DNA from: Bryobacteraceae bacterium
GTDB taxonomy: Bacteria > Acidobacteriota > Terriglobia > Bryobacterales > Bryobacteraceae
Length of the DNA stretch: 64,000 bases
Direction of reading: 5' to 3'
NCBI GenBank assembly: GCA_035652115.1
Contig: DASREJ010000239.1
Location: 21,087 to 85,086 of the forward strand
In this document: piece by piece, positions 38,505 to 49,154 of the stretch
Position numbering within the stretch: the first letter of the stretch is position 1
Layout of the letters: each line of letters opens with the position of its first letter
The notes under the pieces: generated by a model
The model's input: the letters and a program-made list of their open reading frames with translations, nothing else
Told to the model about the DNA's origin: nothing
Databases searched by the model: none
Translations under genes and position numbers: made by a program

Positions 38505-38845
38505 GCCGTCTCCATGACGCGAGCAATCGCCTCCGCCAGGCGCTTCCAATTAGTCGCTTCGGTGTTCAGTTGCTTGCGGCCTCTCGGGGTCAAGCGGTAG
38601 TATTTAGCGCGCCGGTTATTAGCTGATGGGCCCCACTCGGAATCAAGCATGCCTTCCAATTCAAGCCGGTGCAATGCGGGATATAGCGAACCTTCTTCCA
38701 CCCTCAAGACTTCCTCTGAGACCTGCTGAATCGATTGCGCAATGCCATAACCATGCATGGGACCTCTGACCAGCGTTTTAAGGATCAGCATGTCGAGCGT
38801 CCCTTGGACCAACTCACCTTCAGGCCGTTGCTGCGCCTTTCCCAT
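38501..38845 (-). CDS. PadR family transcriptional regulator
   Basis: 114 aa. [57 protein letters not shown]...[16 protein letters not shown]. Confidence 0.92.
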   Translation of the reverse strand: MGKAQQRPEGELVQGTLDMLILKTLVRGPMHGYGIAQSIQQVSEEVLRVEEGSLYPALHRLELEGMLDSEWGPSANNRRAKYYRLTPRGRKQLNTEATNWKRLAEAIARVMETA

Positions 38846-38859
38846 AGATTCTTGATAGG

Positions 38860-38888
38860 AGTATGCGCCTGATCTGTAGACGTGTCAA
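38860..38888 (-). promoter_or_regulatory. candidate sigma-70-type promoter of the PadR/permease operon
   Basis: The minus strand reads TTGACA (38883..38888), a 17-nt spacer, then CATACT (38860..38865). The -10 element ends about 14 nt before the PadR ATG, implying a very short leader. Confidence 0.35.
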
Positions 38889-38934
38889 GCCCTATATAAG
38901 CTGAGCTCAAGCCAGTATTAGAAACATGTGCGCC

Positions 38935-40401
38935 TTACGGCAGCAACTCCAGCACAGCATCGCTGGGTTCCAATTCCTCTGCATGCGGCGGTAAAGTTGC
39001 GCCAGCTTCTAAAAGCGCCCGAATGGTTTCGACGAAATTTCCTGTGTCGCGGTGCCAGCCGTTGCCGGATCCGTAAACGGCCCACGAAAGCGCGGTTCCT
39101 GGGTATTCTCTCGATTTCAGCGCCAAGTCCGGATCAAACCGCAGGATCTCGCGTGTCATCTCGACATTGCCGTTGAAGCCGGCCCAGTGTAGCGCGGTCG
39201 CTCCCATCTCGCCAGCGGTATTCACGGGCCAACCTGCCTCCAACATCAACCGCACCGCTTTCGTGTTGTTATTCTGCGCCGCATTGGGCAGCTTCTGCTT
39301 CTCCTGTTCAGACAACGCGCTGGCCGCCTCCGGATGTTTTGAAAGAAATTCGTGAAATACGGCATCATCGCCCAATTCGCAGGCCAGCGCCAGCTTCAAC
39401 TCATTCGGCGTTCGCTCCATGAGTAATTGGAACACCTGTTCGTGACCGAAGTCGCGTGCGACCGTGTGCGCGGTGCGGTATCTCCCGAGTGTCCAGATGT
39501 AAATCGTGCCGCCTGCTCGTGGATTCTGCCTCGGGAACCATTCGTCCGATACCGTCATCCCGATACACGCCGGATCGGCATCCAAATGGCGGCGGACCAG
39601 GCCAGCGTCACCTAATGCTGCGGCCATCAAGATGTCCGTCTTGCATCCACGAGACACCAGGAAACGAGCTACATCCTGCCGATCCGTCGGATAGTGCCGC
39701 TTCTGCATAACACGCAGCATATATTGGGCCGGGGTTGACTCATGATCCACGTCGCGCGCGTCGATTTCAGCTCCGTTTCCCAGAAGAAAATTGGCAATTT
39801 CCATCGTCGAGGCAAAGTGCAGCGGAGTTTGCCCATCTCCACCCTTTGCATGCACCACGCCCGGATCAGCGGCGACCAGATCTTGCAGCTTCGACATCAT
39901 ATCCAAGCGGGCTGCCGCATGGGCGTCGATGATAGCGCCACGTTCAACAAGAAACGGGACTAAGCCGGGATCGCAGTCGTCCAACACTCCGAAGCCGCCC
40001 GCCCACCATTCAGTGCGTTTATTGATTTCGGCCCCCGCCCGCAAAAGCAAGTCGATGGTTTTCCGGTCGCTACGCTGTACGGCTGCGAACAATGCCTGTT
40101 GGCCGAAACCATAATTAGGCAATGGATCGTTAATCTTCGTCCGCAATTCCGGATATCGATCGAGAAGTTCTTGAACACGGTTTGCATCACTGTCGCAGAC
40201 CGCCGCCTTCAGCGCTTCTGCCGACGTGAGCCCCAACAATTCAATGTGGGATTTCAGCTTCGCCCAGGTAGCAAAACCGTATTCGTTTGCTAACACGCGT
40301 TGCGCATCGGTCAATTTATCCGCCTTGCCGCTGCGCAGCAGTTGCTTGGCTTGTTTCTTTAAATATTGAAGATTTGGGTTTTCAGGTAACTGACGAGACA
40401 T
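38935..40401 (-). CDS. ankyrin-repeat protein
   Basis: 488 aa with multiple canonical ANK units, for example GQTPLHFASTMEIANFLLGNGAEIDARD and GATALHWAGFNGNVEMTREIL. There is no signal peptide. Confidence 0.8.
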   Translation of the reverse strand: MSRQLPENPNLQYLKKQAKQLLRSGKADKLTDAQRVLANEYGFATWAKLKSHIELLGLTSAEALKAAVCDSDANRVQELLDRYPELRTKINDPLPNYGFGQQALFAAVQRSDRKTIDLLLRAGAEINKRTEWWAGGFGVLDDCDPGLVPFLVERGAIIDAHAAARLDMMSKLQDLVAADPGVVHAKGGDGQTPLHFASTMEIANFLLGNGAEIDARDVDHESTPAQYMLRVMQKRHYPTDRQDVARFLVSRGCKTDILMAAALGDAGLVRRHLDADPACIGMTVSDEWFPRQNPRAGGTIYIWTLGRYRTAHTVARDFGHEQVFQLLMERTPNELKLALACELGDDAVFHEFLSKHPEAASALSEQEKQKLPNAAQNNNTKAVRLMLEAGWPVNTAGEMGATALHWAGFNGNVEMTREILRFDPDLALKSREYPGTALSWAVYGSGNGWHRDTGNFVETIRALLEAGATLPPHAEELEPSDAVLELLP

Positions 40402-40590
40402 TACTCCTCCTTCTTTGGCCCGATGTCCGCTATGACGGGCAGAAGAGAAGTCAATGACTCCGTTGCAAGAACTTAGTCAGGCGGGATGTTCCCTTTCCGC
40501 GGACGGGTTGCAACCTGAATTGCAGTCTCGACTATATCAAATGACTGGTGAGAGCTTTGCGCGGAAACTCAGCCCCTATAATCAGGAACG

Positions 40591-41580
40591 ATGCCCGTAC
40601 TTTCGGCAGTGGCCGAGCGGCTTACCGCTATCCCGAATCTGACGGTGATTGCCAAGTCACCCCTATCCGCTTATACGCGTTTTCGCATTGGGGGCCCGGC
40701 CGCCGTCCTATGCGATACTTCCGACGCACAGGAGTTTGCTCAGGCGCTGCAACTGGTACAAGCGCTCGCGGTGCCCCGCATGGTCATTGGCGGCGGTACG
40801 AACCTGATCGTTGCCGATACGGGATTTGACGGTGTGGTTTTGCGTTTCACGGGAGCCAAGATCGTGCGCAATGGGTTCAATCTGACAATAGAATCCGGCG
40901 CAGTCCTTCAGGATGTGGTGGACCGCAGCGTCGAACTCGGGCTGAAGGGGATGGAAACGCTGACTGGCATTCCCGGTTATCTAGGGGGCGCCGTTTATGG
41001 AAATGCCGGCGCGTATGGTCATTCGATGCAGGAGTTGGTGCAGCGAGTCTGGTTCACCGACGGTAGCCGCGTCGAAGAGTTTAACAATTCAGAGTGCCAG
41101 TTTCATTACCGGGAGAGCATCTTCAAAGAACAGAAAGACTGGGTCGTTCTCTCGACAGAATTGAAGTTCCACGAAGGCAATACCGCGGAGTTGGCAAAGA
41201 TCGCAGCGGACATCCGGACCATACGGGACGCGAAGTACCCGCCGTCCATGAAGTGTGCCGGCAGCATCTTCAAGAACATTTTCTTTGCGGAACTGCCCCC
41301 CGCCGTTCAATCCCAAGTGCCGGCTAACGTCGTGCGGGAAGGTAAGGTTCCGTCGGCATGGTTTCTCGAACAGGTTCAGGCAAAGGGGATGCGGCGGGGC
41401 GACATCAAAGTGGCGGATTATCACGCCAACCTGATTTATAACGATGGGAATGGCACTGCCGCGGACTTGATCGTCATTATCGAAGAATTAAAGAGGCGTG
41501 TGCGGGAACATTTCGGTTTTGAATTGGAAGAAGAAGTTCAATTTGTTGGTTTTGAATACAGCGCGGAGCCCGCGTTATGA
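40591..41580 (+). CDS. murB: UDP-N-acetylenolpyruvoylglucosamine reductase
   Basis: 329 aa. FAD-binding domain motifs are FRIGGPAAVLCDTSD and IGGGTNLIVADTGFDGVVL. A C-terminal AGSIFKN motif is present. Confidence 0.9.
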   Translation: MPVLSAVAERLTAIPNLTVIAKSPLSAYTRFRIGGPAAVLCDTSDAQEFAQALQLVQALAVPRMVIGGGTNLIVADTGFDGVVLRFTGAKIVRNGFNLTIESGAVLQDVVDRSVELGLKGMETLTGIPGYLGGAVYGNAGAYGHSMQELVQRVWFTDGSRVEEFNNSECQFHYRESIFKEQKDWVVLSTELKFHEGNTAELAKIAADIRTIRDAKYPPSMKCAGSIFKNIFFAELPPAVQSQVPANVVREGKVPSAWFLEQVQAKGMRRGDIKVADYHANLIYNDGNGTAADLIVIIEELKRRVREHFGFELEEEVQFVGFEYSAEPAL

Positions 41581-43304
41581 CCAGGTATTTTTCAGCGGTC
41601 TTTGTTCTTGCGATGCTTTTAGCTTCTGGCGCTCTTTTGAACTCTCAAGATGGCATGACGCTGCTGCTGATCAACGGAAAATTTTGGACCGTTAATCCAC
41701 AACAGAAAGAAGTCGAGGCCGTGGCGATTCGCGGGAACCGCATCGCGGCAGTTGGCACGACGGTTGACATTCTGAAGCTGAAATCCGCGGGTACTCAAGT
41801 CTTCGACCTCGAAGCAAAACGTGTTCTCCCCGGTTTCGACGATTCGCACGTGCATTTCTATCGAGGCGGAGCAGCCCTCGCCGGACCGCAACTTCGCTAT
41901 TCAAAAAGCCAGGAAGAGTTTCGCAATACGCTGGCAGAGTACGCGAAGCACAGGCCGTTAGGAAGTTGGATCACTGGAGGCGAATGGGACCACGAGAATT
42001 GGTCGCCGGCGGTTTTGCCAACTCATCAATTGACTGATCCAGTCACGAACAATTGGCCGGTCTATGTAAGCCGCCTGGACGGGCACGAAGGGCTGGCCAA
42101 TTCTTTAGCCATGAAGCTGGCGGGCGTTGACAAAAACACGAAAGACGTTCCGGGTGGTGTCATTGTGCGCGATGCCGAAGGAAATCCGACGGGCATCTTC
42201 AAAGACGCGGCTCAGTCGCTTATCGAGAAAGTAATTCCCGCTCCCTCCCAATCGGAAATCATCGAAGCCATTCGCGCCGCACAAAATTACGCCAACGCGC
42301 AAGGCGTCACTAGTGTGCAAGATATGGCATCCGTTCCTTCCAGTTTTCGCGCGTATCAAACCATGATGCATCAGGGCATGCTGCGCGTGCGCATCTCCGT
42401 CCATCAGCTTCTGACGCAGTGGCAGCATCAGGCAAGCGTCGGTATCGCGGCTGATTTTGGCAACGAATATTTGCATATCGGCGGCGTCAAATCGTTTGCC
42501 GATGGATCGCTCGGCTCGACGACCGCTCTTCTGTTTGCGCCTTATCTCGATTCCCCGAACACCAGCGGCATTACCAGCGCCGAACTTTCGAATCCCGATC
42601 AGATGTGGCGCAACATGGAAGGCGCGGATACGGCCGGGCTTCAAATTGCTACGCACGCGATTGGAGACAGGGCTAACGACATCATTCTTGGGATGTACGA
42701 ACGGCTGGAACGCGAGCATGGAGCGCGCGATCGCCGCTTGCGAATCGAACATGCCCAACATTTGACCGCCGCGGACATTCCGCGCTTCGGACGCGATCAT
42801 GTGATCGCATCCATGCAACCGTATCATCTGATCGATGATGGCCGCTGGGCGGAAAAGCGCATTGGCCCGGAACGAGCAAAAACATCCTACGCGTTTCGAT
42901 CTTTATTGGATTCGGGCGCGACGCTCGCCTTCGGGTCCGACTGGCCGGTGGCTCCCATGAGCCCCCTTATGGGTATTTATGGTGCTGTGACCCGGCGCAC
43001 GCTGGATGGCAAACATCCCGACGGCTGGGTGCCACAGCAAAAGATCACCGTCGAAGAAGCCGTGAAAGCCTATACGATGGGCGCGGCTTTCGCAAGCTTC
43101 GAAGAAAAAATTAAAGGTTCGACGGAGCCGGGAAAGTTAGCGGATTTTGTCGTGCTCTCGGATGACATTTTTGCGATTGATCCCGTGAAGATTGCTGACA
43201 CAAAGGTCCTGATGACAATCTTTGACGGCAAATTTGTTATTCCCGAGCAATCTGAAGATCTTTTCTATAAAAGGTTGCCAAGTGGATTGATTCTTCGTCC
43301 ATAA
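41577..43304 (+). CDS. secreted amidohydrolase family protein (Amidohydro_3 / YtcJ-like)
   Basis: Signal peptide MTRYFSAVFVLAMLLASGALL. Metal-binding motif LPGFDDSHVHF, plus HAIGDRAN, RIEHAQ and GSDWPV. An ATGA overlap joins it to murB. Confidence 0.85.
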   Translation: MTRYFSAVFVLAMLLASGALLNSQDGMTLLLINGKFWTVNPQQKEVEAVAIRGNRIAAVGTTVDILKLKSAGTQVFDLEAKRVLPGFDDSHVHFYRGGAALAGPQLRYSKSQEEFRNTLAEYAKHRPLGSWITGGEWDHENWSPAVLPTHQLTDPVTNNWPVYVSRLDGHEGLANSLAMKLAGVDKNTKDVPGGVIVRDAEGNPTGIFKDAAQSLIEKVIPAPSQSEIIEAIRAAQNYANAQGVTSVQDMASVPSSFRAYQTMMHQGMLRVRISVHQLLTQWQHQASVGIAADFGNEYLHIGGVKSFADGSLGSTTALLFAPYLDSPNTSGITSAELSNPDQMWRNMEGADTAGLQIATHAIGDRANDIILGMYERLEREHGARDRRLRIEHAQHLTAADIPRFGRDHVIASMQPYHLIDDGRWAEKRIGPERAKTSYAFRSLLDSGATLAFGSDWPVAPMSPLMGIYGAVTRRTLDGKHPDGWVPQQKITVEEAVKAYTMGAAFASFEEKIKGSTEPGKLADFVVLSDDIFAIDPVKIADTKVLMTIFDGKFVIPEQSEDLFYKRLPSGLILRP

Positions 43305-44034
43305 GCTTCCGAATGCGCGGAGACGTCAGCGCCTCCAACTCACGAACGCGCGATTCTTTCAAACGTGTCCGCGCAGCCTTCAGTTCTGCGTTGCAAAATC
43401 CTGGATGGCACATGAATTCCGTAGTGCCGTCTTGCAATCCGCGCAGTGCGATGGCGAAACTTTCTTCAGTTAAGTAACCTGTTAGCCGAAATCCGAGAAA
43501 ATGATCGGTCATCTGCACATTTGAGCCAGCCGCCATTCGTCGGTAATATACATCCGCCACTTGGCAAGCCGCCCCTACAAATCGTGTCGTGTGATCGAGA
43601 GGCAAACGAACGTACGGAATAGCGAACTCCTGCGCAAGCCTGACGACCGTTCTAAATACAGACGGAATAATGTGCGTGTGCTTGTGCGAATCCAGATGAC
43701 TCAAGACGATGCCAACATCCCGAATTTTTTCGATTTGCGCACGAAGCTCGGAATACACATCCACTTGTCCGGAGCCCAATTCCTTCAAAAGCCGCAGGGG
43801 TGATTCTGGAAAGGGGCGCCCGGTACGTAATGACGTCCCTTGTACCAGCGCTAAATGACATCCGATATCGAGCCCAGGCGTTTCATATGCCAGCCGGACC
43901 GCATCTTCGAAAGCCTCGCCGTTTGCCATCAACGTTGTAGAAGTCAGTACGCCTTCACGATGCGCATGCACGATTCCCGCATTCACATCGGGCGTGAAGC
44001 CAAAATCATCGGCGTTGATGATCAGCCGCTTCAA
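43237..44034 (-). CDS. ChbG/HpnK (YdjC-like) carbohydrate deacetylase family protein
   Basis: The N-terminus MKRLIINADDFGFTPDVNAGIVHAHREGVLTSTTLMANG and the motif LDSHKHTHI are typical of the YdjC family. Confidence 0.85.
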   Translation of the reverse strand: MKRLIINADDFGFTPDVNAGIVHAHREGVLTSTTLMANGEAFEDAVRLAYETPGLDIGCHLALVQGTSLRTGRPFPESPLRLLKELGSGQVDVYSELRAQIEKIRDVGIVLSHLDSHKHTHIIPSVFRTVVRLAQEFAIPYVRLPLDHTTRFVGAACQVADVYYRRMAAGSNVQMTDHFLGFRLTGYLTEESFAIALRGLQDGTTEFMCHPGFCNAELKAARTRLKESRVRELEALTSPRIRKLMDEESIHLATFYRKDLQIARE

Positions 44035-44035
44035 A

Positions 44036-45112
44036 TTAAAAAATGTGTAGCCGGATGGTTAGGAACTTCTTGGGATTCGCACGAAAATCCTTCAGCAAAT
44101 CGTGCAACTCCCGAGTCGTACCAGTCGCTTGATCGTATAGCGCGGGATTCACCAGTAATTGGCCGATCGTTCCCTGTCCTGAATTGATCTTGTCTATAGT
44201 AACGTTCACTTTGTCCAGTGTCGTCGACACCTGATTGGCGATCTTATCGCTAACCAGAAGTTGTCCGGCCGTCCCCTTGCCTTCATTCAGGTTCTTAAGT
44301 ATCGTGTTGAGCTGGTCAATCGAATGATCCAGATCCGTGGCAATCTTTGGATCTTTCAAAAGTATTCCCGCGGTCCCCTGCCCCTCTTGAAGGCCTTTGG
44401 TGATGTCATTTAACCGCGTCACGATTTCTTCCGCCTGGTTATACAGAGTGGGGTCGTTGACCAGATGGCCAATCGTTCCAGTTCTGGAATTAAGAGTCGT
44501 GGCAAGTTGTTGAACCTGATTGACAGTCTGCAGCAGGCTGTTGTACATGCTTTCATCGACAAGTAACTTGCCAATCGTCCCCTTTCCGACCTGCACTTGA
44601 TTGACGATATCCTCAATCTTCTGAAGAATCGACTGCGCGGAATCGAGGACGCCAAAGCCTTGCTGCACAAGTTGCTGGAACTCCTGCGTATTGGCGGATT
44701 GCATATATGCGCCCGACTGAACGGTCTCTGTGTTCTTACCCTTATCGATCTGAAGAAACTTTGTGCTGCCTAAGAGATTGTCGCTCGCGATGGACGCAAT
44801 GGAGTCCTTCGGAATCTGCTTGAGCATATCCTGATCTACTTCGAAGTCAACCTTGATAACCCGCGCTGGATTCGTTTCTCCCGAAAGCGCTACGCCGGTA
44901 ACCTTTCCGGCCGGTATGCCGTTGATGCGAACCGGCGAACCCTGCGTAAGCCCCGAAGCATCCGACACGTATACGTGAAGGGGAACGGTGTGCTGGAACC
45001 AACTGATTCCACCCGTCAACAGGAATATTAGAAGCGTAATAAAAAAGAGCGCAATAATCCCCAGAATTCCAACCTTCAATTGCGCTACACTAACTCGTTC
45101 CTTGCTGGGCAT
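44036..45112 (-). CDS. MCE/MlaD-family substrate-binding protein with a long helical C-terminal extension
   Basis: N-terminal transmembrane helix, the MCE core (VYVSDASGLTQGSPVRINGIPAGKVTGV), then repeated GKGT(I/A)G(K/Q)LL units. Confidence 0.85.
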   Translation of the reverse strand: MPSKERVSVAQLKVGILGIIALFFITLLIFLLTGGISWFQHTVPLHVYVSDASGLTQGSPVRINGIPAGKVTGVALSGETNPARVIKVDFEVDQDMLKQIPKDSIASIASDNLLGSTKFLQIDKGKNTETVQSGAYMQSANTQEFQQLVQQGFGVLDSAQSILQKIEDIVNQVQVGKGTIGKLLVDESMYNSLLQTVNQVQQLATTLNSRTGTIGHLVNDPTLYNQAEEIVTRLNDITKGLQEGQGTAGILLKDPKIATDLDHSIDQLNTILKNLNEGKGTAGQLLVSDKIANQVSTTLDKVNVTIDKINSGQGTIGQLLVNPALYDQATGTTRELHDLLKDFRANPKKFLTIRLHIF

Positions 45113-45114
45113 AA

Positions 45115-45966
45115 TTAATGTTCGTGTCTCACAAAACGTTTCACGTACGCGTCCTCACATTGTTCTAATTCGTGCCGGGTGCCGCGAAACACGATTTCCC
45201 CCTCTTTCATCACAATAAACTTTGTGCGCGTAAGATTCGGATCGTTCTGTTCCTCTTCGCTGACCGGCGCCAGTTCTCCGTTCTGGGCGTCATAGCGATA
45301 ATTCGCCATCAACTCGCCGTCCTGATAGCGATGAGTAACTATCAATGACGCTGTATTGCGCGTATCGCGTTCCTTCGCAATTAAAGCCATGATGATATTG
45401 GCCGTAATCGGGTCCAGCCCCGCTGTCGGCGAATCGTAGAGCACCAGCGGTGGTTCTGTAACTGTAGCGCGCGCGATGCCGACACGCCTTCTCATGCCGC
45501 CAGATAACTCGCTTGGGAATTTATCGAACGTATGTTCCAGTTCGACAAAGCGCAGCGTCTCTCTGACACGCTGCTCCAGATTCTTGCCGGAAACGTCGTT
45601 GTTGTCCGTTCCAGTTTGCTGGTTGACCAGCGGATACTCGACGTTCTCTCCCACCAGCAGCGAGTCGAAGAGTCCTCCTTCCTGAAACAAAAAACCAGCG
45701 CGGCTGCGCAGCGTGTACAGATCTTGTTCCTTCCGGGTTGTGACGTCTTCGCCAAAGAGTTTGATGTCCCCCGAATCCACTTTCACCAGGCCGATCACGG
45801 CTTTCAGCAGGGTGGTTTTTCCGGCTCCCGCCGCGCCGAAAATGATGCGCGTCTCGCCCGGCTTCAATGTCATTGATATATTGCGCAGCGCCCACGATTC
45901 TTCATATTGAAGATTTACGTCGCGAATTTCGATGAGGGGTGCTCCCGCTTCGGGCATGCTGCTCAC
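45115..45966 (-). CDS. ABC transporter ATP-binding protein (MlaF-like)
   Basis: Walker A GAAGAGKTT, signature LSGGMRRRVGIARA and Walker B LVLYDSPTAGLD. Confidence 0.9.
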   Translation of the reverse strand: MSSMPEAGAPLIEIRDVNLQYEESWALRNISMTLKPGETRIIFGAAGAGKTTLLKAVIGLVKVDSGDIKLFGEDVTTRKEQDLYTLRSRAGFLFQEGGLFDSLLVGENVEYPLVNQQTGTDNNDVSGKNLEQRVRETLRFVELEHTFDKFPSELSGGMRRRVGIARATVTEPPLVLYDSPTAGLDPITANIIMALIAKERDTRNTASLIVTHRYQDGELMANYRYDAQNGELAPVSEEEQNDPNLTRTKFIVMKEGEIVFRGTRHELEQCEDAYVKRFVRHEH

Positions 45967-46721
45967 AAGTTAACGAAGATCTTGTCGATCAGGAACGTAA
46001 CGGCAAAGATCCAAATCGAGGCGCTAACTACCGCCTGCGTGGTGGCATGACCTACGCCCTGCGTTCCGCCTGTTGTGCGCAAACCGTAAAAACAGCCGAT
46101 GAGCGAAATAATCATCCCGAAGAGAAGCGGTTTGATGAGGCCTTGGGCTAGATCGTTCAATACCAGCGCGCGCCAGGAACTTGACCAGTAATAACTCGCG
46201 CTAAGGAGATGTAATAACGGAACCGCGATCAGATACGCGCCAAACAGGCCAACCGCGTCGGCGATCACCGTTAAACAAGGAAGCATAATTGCAGTGGCGG
46301 TGAGACGCGGCGTCACCAGTTTCTGAACCGGGTCTGTACCAAGCGCGCGCATGGCGTCGATTTGCTCGGTCACCTTCATCGAGCCGAGTTCGCTCGCGAT
46401 TCCTGAAGCGTTGCGTCCTGCGACAAGCAATGCGGTCAGCACGGGCCCAAGCTCGCGGACCAGCGTCAGCGAAACAATCGAGCCAACCTCGCTGCTGGCT
46501 CCGTAGGTATTCAAAGCGCGGGCCATCTGCAACGCGATAATTGCGCCGCTGAAAAACCCGGTTAGAAGCACAATCGGAATGCTTCCGAATCCGATAAGGT
46601 CCATCTGGATGACTACGTCGTTGTAGTAGTGAGGCCTTCGGAAAATATTCAGAAAAGAGCGGCCAGCGAGAAAGAGAAATTCCTGGAAGGACCCGATCCA
46701 ACTCGTCAGGAAGCGGTCCAA
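45963..46721 (-). CDS. ABC transporter permease (MlaE-like)
   Basis: 252 aa with the VRELGPVLTALLVAGRNASGIASELGSMKVTEQIDAMRALG motif typical of MlaE. The start is TTG in the track and is uncertain. Confidence 0.88.
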   Translation of the reverse strand: MDRFLTSWIGSFQEFLFLAGRSFLNIFRRPHYYNDVVIQMDLIGFGSIPIVLLTGFFSGAIIALQMARALNTYGASSEVGSIVSLTLVRELGPVLTALLVAGRNASGIASELGSMKVTEQIDAMRALGTDPVQKLVTPRLTATAIMLPCLTVIADAVGLFGAYLIAVPLLHLLSASYYWSSSWRALVLNDLAQGLIKPLLFGMIISLIGCFYGLRTTGGTQGVGHATTQAVVSASIWIFAVTFLIDKIFVNL

Positions 46722-46800
46722 ACAGCGGTCCCCCGCACCGGCCGAGCCTTCATACCACCGAGGCTACCATATGGTGCGACAAACCTAAGCCTGGTAATTC

Positions 46801-47796
46801 TTAGAATGCAATCGGCTCAGTGGGCGGCGATTTTGCGCTTTCGTTGGCCTTCTGATCCACGGCGCTGATCTCGTAGCGATAAGATTTTCCGTGCTCCACG
46901 GTGTGATCGCTGAATGTCGGCACATTCACCACATCGCCCTGCCGTACGAAGTCGCCGCCGTTGGTCGATCGATACACGTAATAGCCCTTTAAATCAGCGT
47001 CAGGACTGCGCGACCACGACACTTCGATTGAGTCTGGCCCCGCCAGCGCCACTATGCTCGCGGGAACATCGGGCGCGAATGTGTCGGCGTGAGTGATGGT
47101 GAGTTCTTTCGACGAATTGCTCTGCGCGGTCCCTTTCTGGGCGACAACCGTATAGTTGTACAACGTGTCCCATTGCGATGTTCTGTCCAAATAAAGAGGA
47201 TCATCGGAAGTTCCGATTTGTACCGGTGTCTTATCCGTGGGGCCGCGTCGAAAAATAAGATAGTGAACGCCCGCTCCCTCATCAGGCCAAGTCAATAGAT
47301 AGCCATTCTTTGTAGCCTCAACCTTTGTATTCGGGGCAGACAGCGGCGAAATGACATCTAGCAGAACGCGATTCGACCATTGCGAAAAGTGGTCCTCTTT
47401 TCTCGTCGAAGTGCGGACGGCAACTACAACATGCTTGCCCACCCATTCGGCGGCAGGCAATGCTTTCGATACTGGCTCTGGTTTCGGCGCTTCCGGGTCG
47501 ACCGGCGGCGCCGCAACTTCAAAGTGCTGGGCAGAAGCCGACCACTTGTCAAAATCGAACGGCGTGTCAGCCGGGCCTATGGCGAGATCGATCGCGGTGT
47601 AATGCTTGATAACGATGCTGTCCGTTGTGCGCGGTGGAACGCTGAACGTAATATTGAGCCGGTCGCCCTTCTCGATAGCTTGCAGATCCGTGACCGGATT
47701 TGGAATGTTGGGAGAAGGCGGCAGGACAGGACCGACATACCCGCATCCTGCCAGCATCAAACAGGCCAACAGCAATGCAGCGCCACTCGGCCGCAC
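46801..47796 (-). CDS. lipoprotein with a C-terminal fibronectin type III domain
   Basis: Lipobox LMLAGC. FN3-like PDVPASIVALAGPDSIEVSWSRSPDADLKGYYVYRS...YRYEISAVD. The GTG start overlaps the hslU TAG by 1 nt. Confidence 0.7.
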   Translation of the reverse strand: MRPSGAALLLACLMLAGCGYVGPVLPPSPNIPNPVTDLQAIEKGDRLNITFSVPPRTTDSIVIKHYTAIDLAIGPADTPFDFDKWSASAQHFEVAAPPVDPEAPKPEPVSKALPAAEWVGKHVVVAVRTSTRKEDHFSQWSNRVLLDVISPLSAPNTKVEATKNGYLLTWPDEGAGVHYLIFRRGPTDKTPVQIGTSDDPLYLDRTSQWDTLYNYTVVAQKGTAQSNSSKELTITHADTFAPDVPASIVALAGPDSIEVSWSRSPDADLKGYYVYRSTNGGDFVRQGDVVNVPTFSDHTVEHGKSYRYEISAVDQKANESAKSPPTEPIAF

Positions 47797-49154
47797 TAAA
47801 GAATATACCTGCTCAAATCTTGATCTTTGACAATATCGGCTAGCTGCTTACGCACATACGCGGAATCGATTTTGATGTTCTTTTTCTTAAGGTCGGGCCC
47901 GTCGAAAGAGATATCTTCCAGCAGTTTCTCCATGATGGTGTGAAGGCGCCGGGCGCCGATGTTCTCCGCCGATTCATTCACTTGCGCGGCATTGCGTGCG
48001 ACCTCCACTATTGCGTCGTCGGTAAAGGTCAACTTGATGCCTTCAGTTTCGAGCAACGCCGTGTATTGCTTGACCAGCGCCGATTTCGGTTCTTTCAGAA
48101 TGCGAATAAAATCGGCTTCCGAAAGCGATTTCAATTCGACCCGAATGGGGAAACGGCCTTGCAGTTCCGGAATCAGGTCGGCGGGCTTCGAAACGTGGAA
48201 TGCGCCGGCCGCAACAAACAGAATATGGTCAGTACGCACAAATCCATGTCGCGTATTGACTGTGGTTCCTTCGACGATCGGCAGAATATCGCGCTGCACT
48301 CCCTCCCGGCTGACATCCGGCCCATGACCGCCTTCACGACCCGCAATCTTGTCAATTTCGTCGAGAAAGATAATGCCGTTCCGTTCCACTCGCTCCAGCG
48401 CGATGCGAGTGACTTGATCCATATCGACAAGCTTCTGCTCTTCCTCTTGAATCAGGTACTCCATCGCCTCGGAAACGCGCATGTTGCGTTTCTTGCTGCG
48501 CGGGCCGAACAAACCGGGGATGACATCTTTGAGATTGATGTCCATCTCTTCGATGTTGCCGTTGGTTGAAACTTCAAACGTGGGTCCCCGCTCTTTGACA
48601 TCTACTTCCACGGTGCGGTCGTCCAACTTGCCGGCGCGCAACTTCTCGCGCAGCTTTTCGCGCGTGCGATCCACACTTTCAGCGGCTTCCGGTTGCGGCG
48701 GCATCAGCAGATCGAGTAACCGGTCTTCTGCCTGTTGCTCGGCGCGATCGGCCACTTGTTCCAGCCGTTCCTCGCGCACCATGTCAATCGCCACATCGAC
48801 GAGATCTCGAATCATCGATTCCACGTCGCGGCCCACATAGCCGACTTCGGTAAACTTGCTGGCCTCCACTTTCAGAAACGGCGAGTTCGCGAGCTTGGCC
48901 AATCGGCGCGCAATCTCGGTCTTTCCCACGCCGGTGGGGCCAATCATCAGGATGTTCTTCGGCATGACCTCTTCGGCCATTTCCGGATCGAGTTTCTGAC
49001 GCCGAACTCGATTGCGAAGCGCAATCGCAACGGAGCGCTTTGCGTCCGTCTGACCGATGACGTGCTTATCCAACTCAGCTACGATCTCGCGTGGCGTGAG
49101 TTCGTCAAGCAGAGGTGTCTCATCCGAGGATTGCTGCGGCAGATAAATAACCAT
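47796..49154 (-). CDS. hslU: ATP-dependent protease ATPase subunit HslU
   Basis: 452 aa. [31 protein letters not shown], Walker [16 protein letters not shown], and [10 protein letters not shown]. Confidence 0.97.
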   Translation of the reverse strand: MVIYLPQQSSDETPLLDELTPREIVAELDKHVIGQTDAKRSVAIALRNRVRRQKLDPEMAEEVMPKNILMIGPTGVGKTEIARRLAKLANSPFLKVEASKFTEVGYVGRDVESMIRDLVDVAIDMVREERLEQVADRAEQQAEDRLLDLLMPPQPEAAESVDRTREKLREKLRAGKLDDRTVEVDVKERGPTFEVSTNGNIEEMDINLKDVIPGLFGPRSKKRNMRVSEAMEYLIQEEEQKLVDMDQVTRIALERVERNGIIFLDEIDKIAGREGGHGPDVSREGVQRDILPIVEGTTVNTRHGFVRTDHILFVAAGAFHVSKPADLIPELQGRFPIRVELKSLSEADFIRILKEPKSALVKQYTALLETEGIKLTFTDDAIVEVARNAAQVNESAENIGARRLHTIMEKLLEDISFDGPDLKKKNIKIDSAYVRKQLADIVKDQDLSRYIL

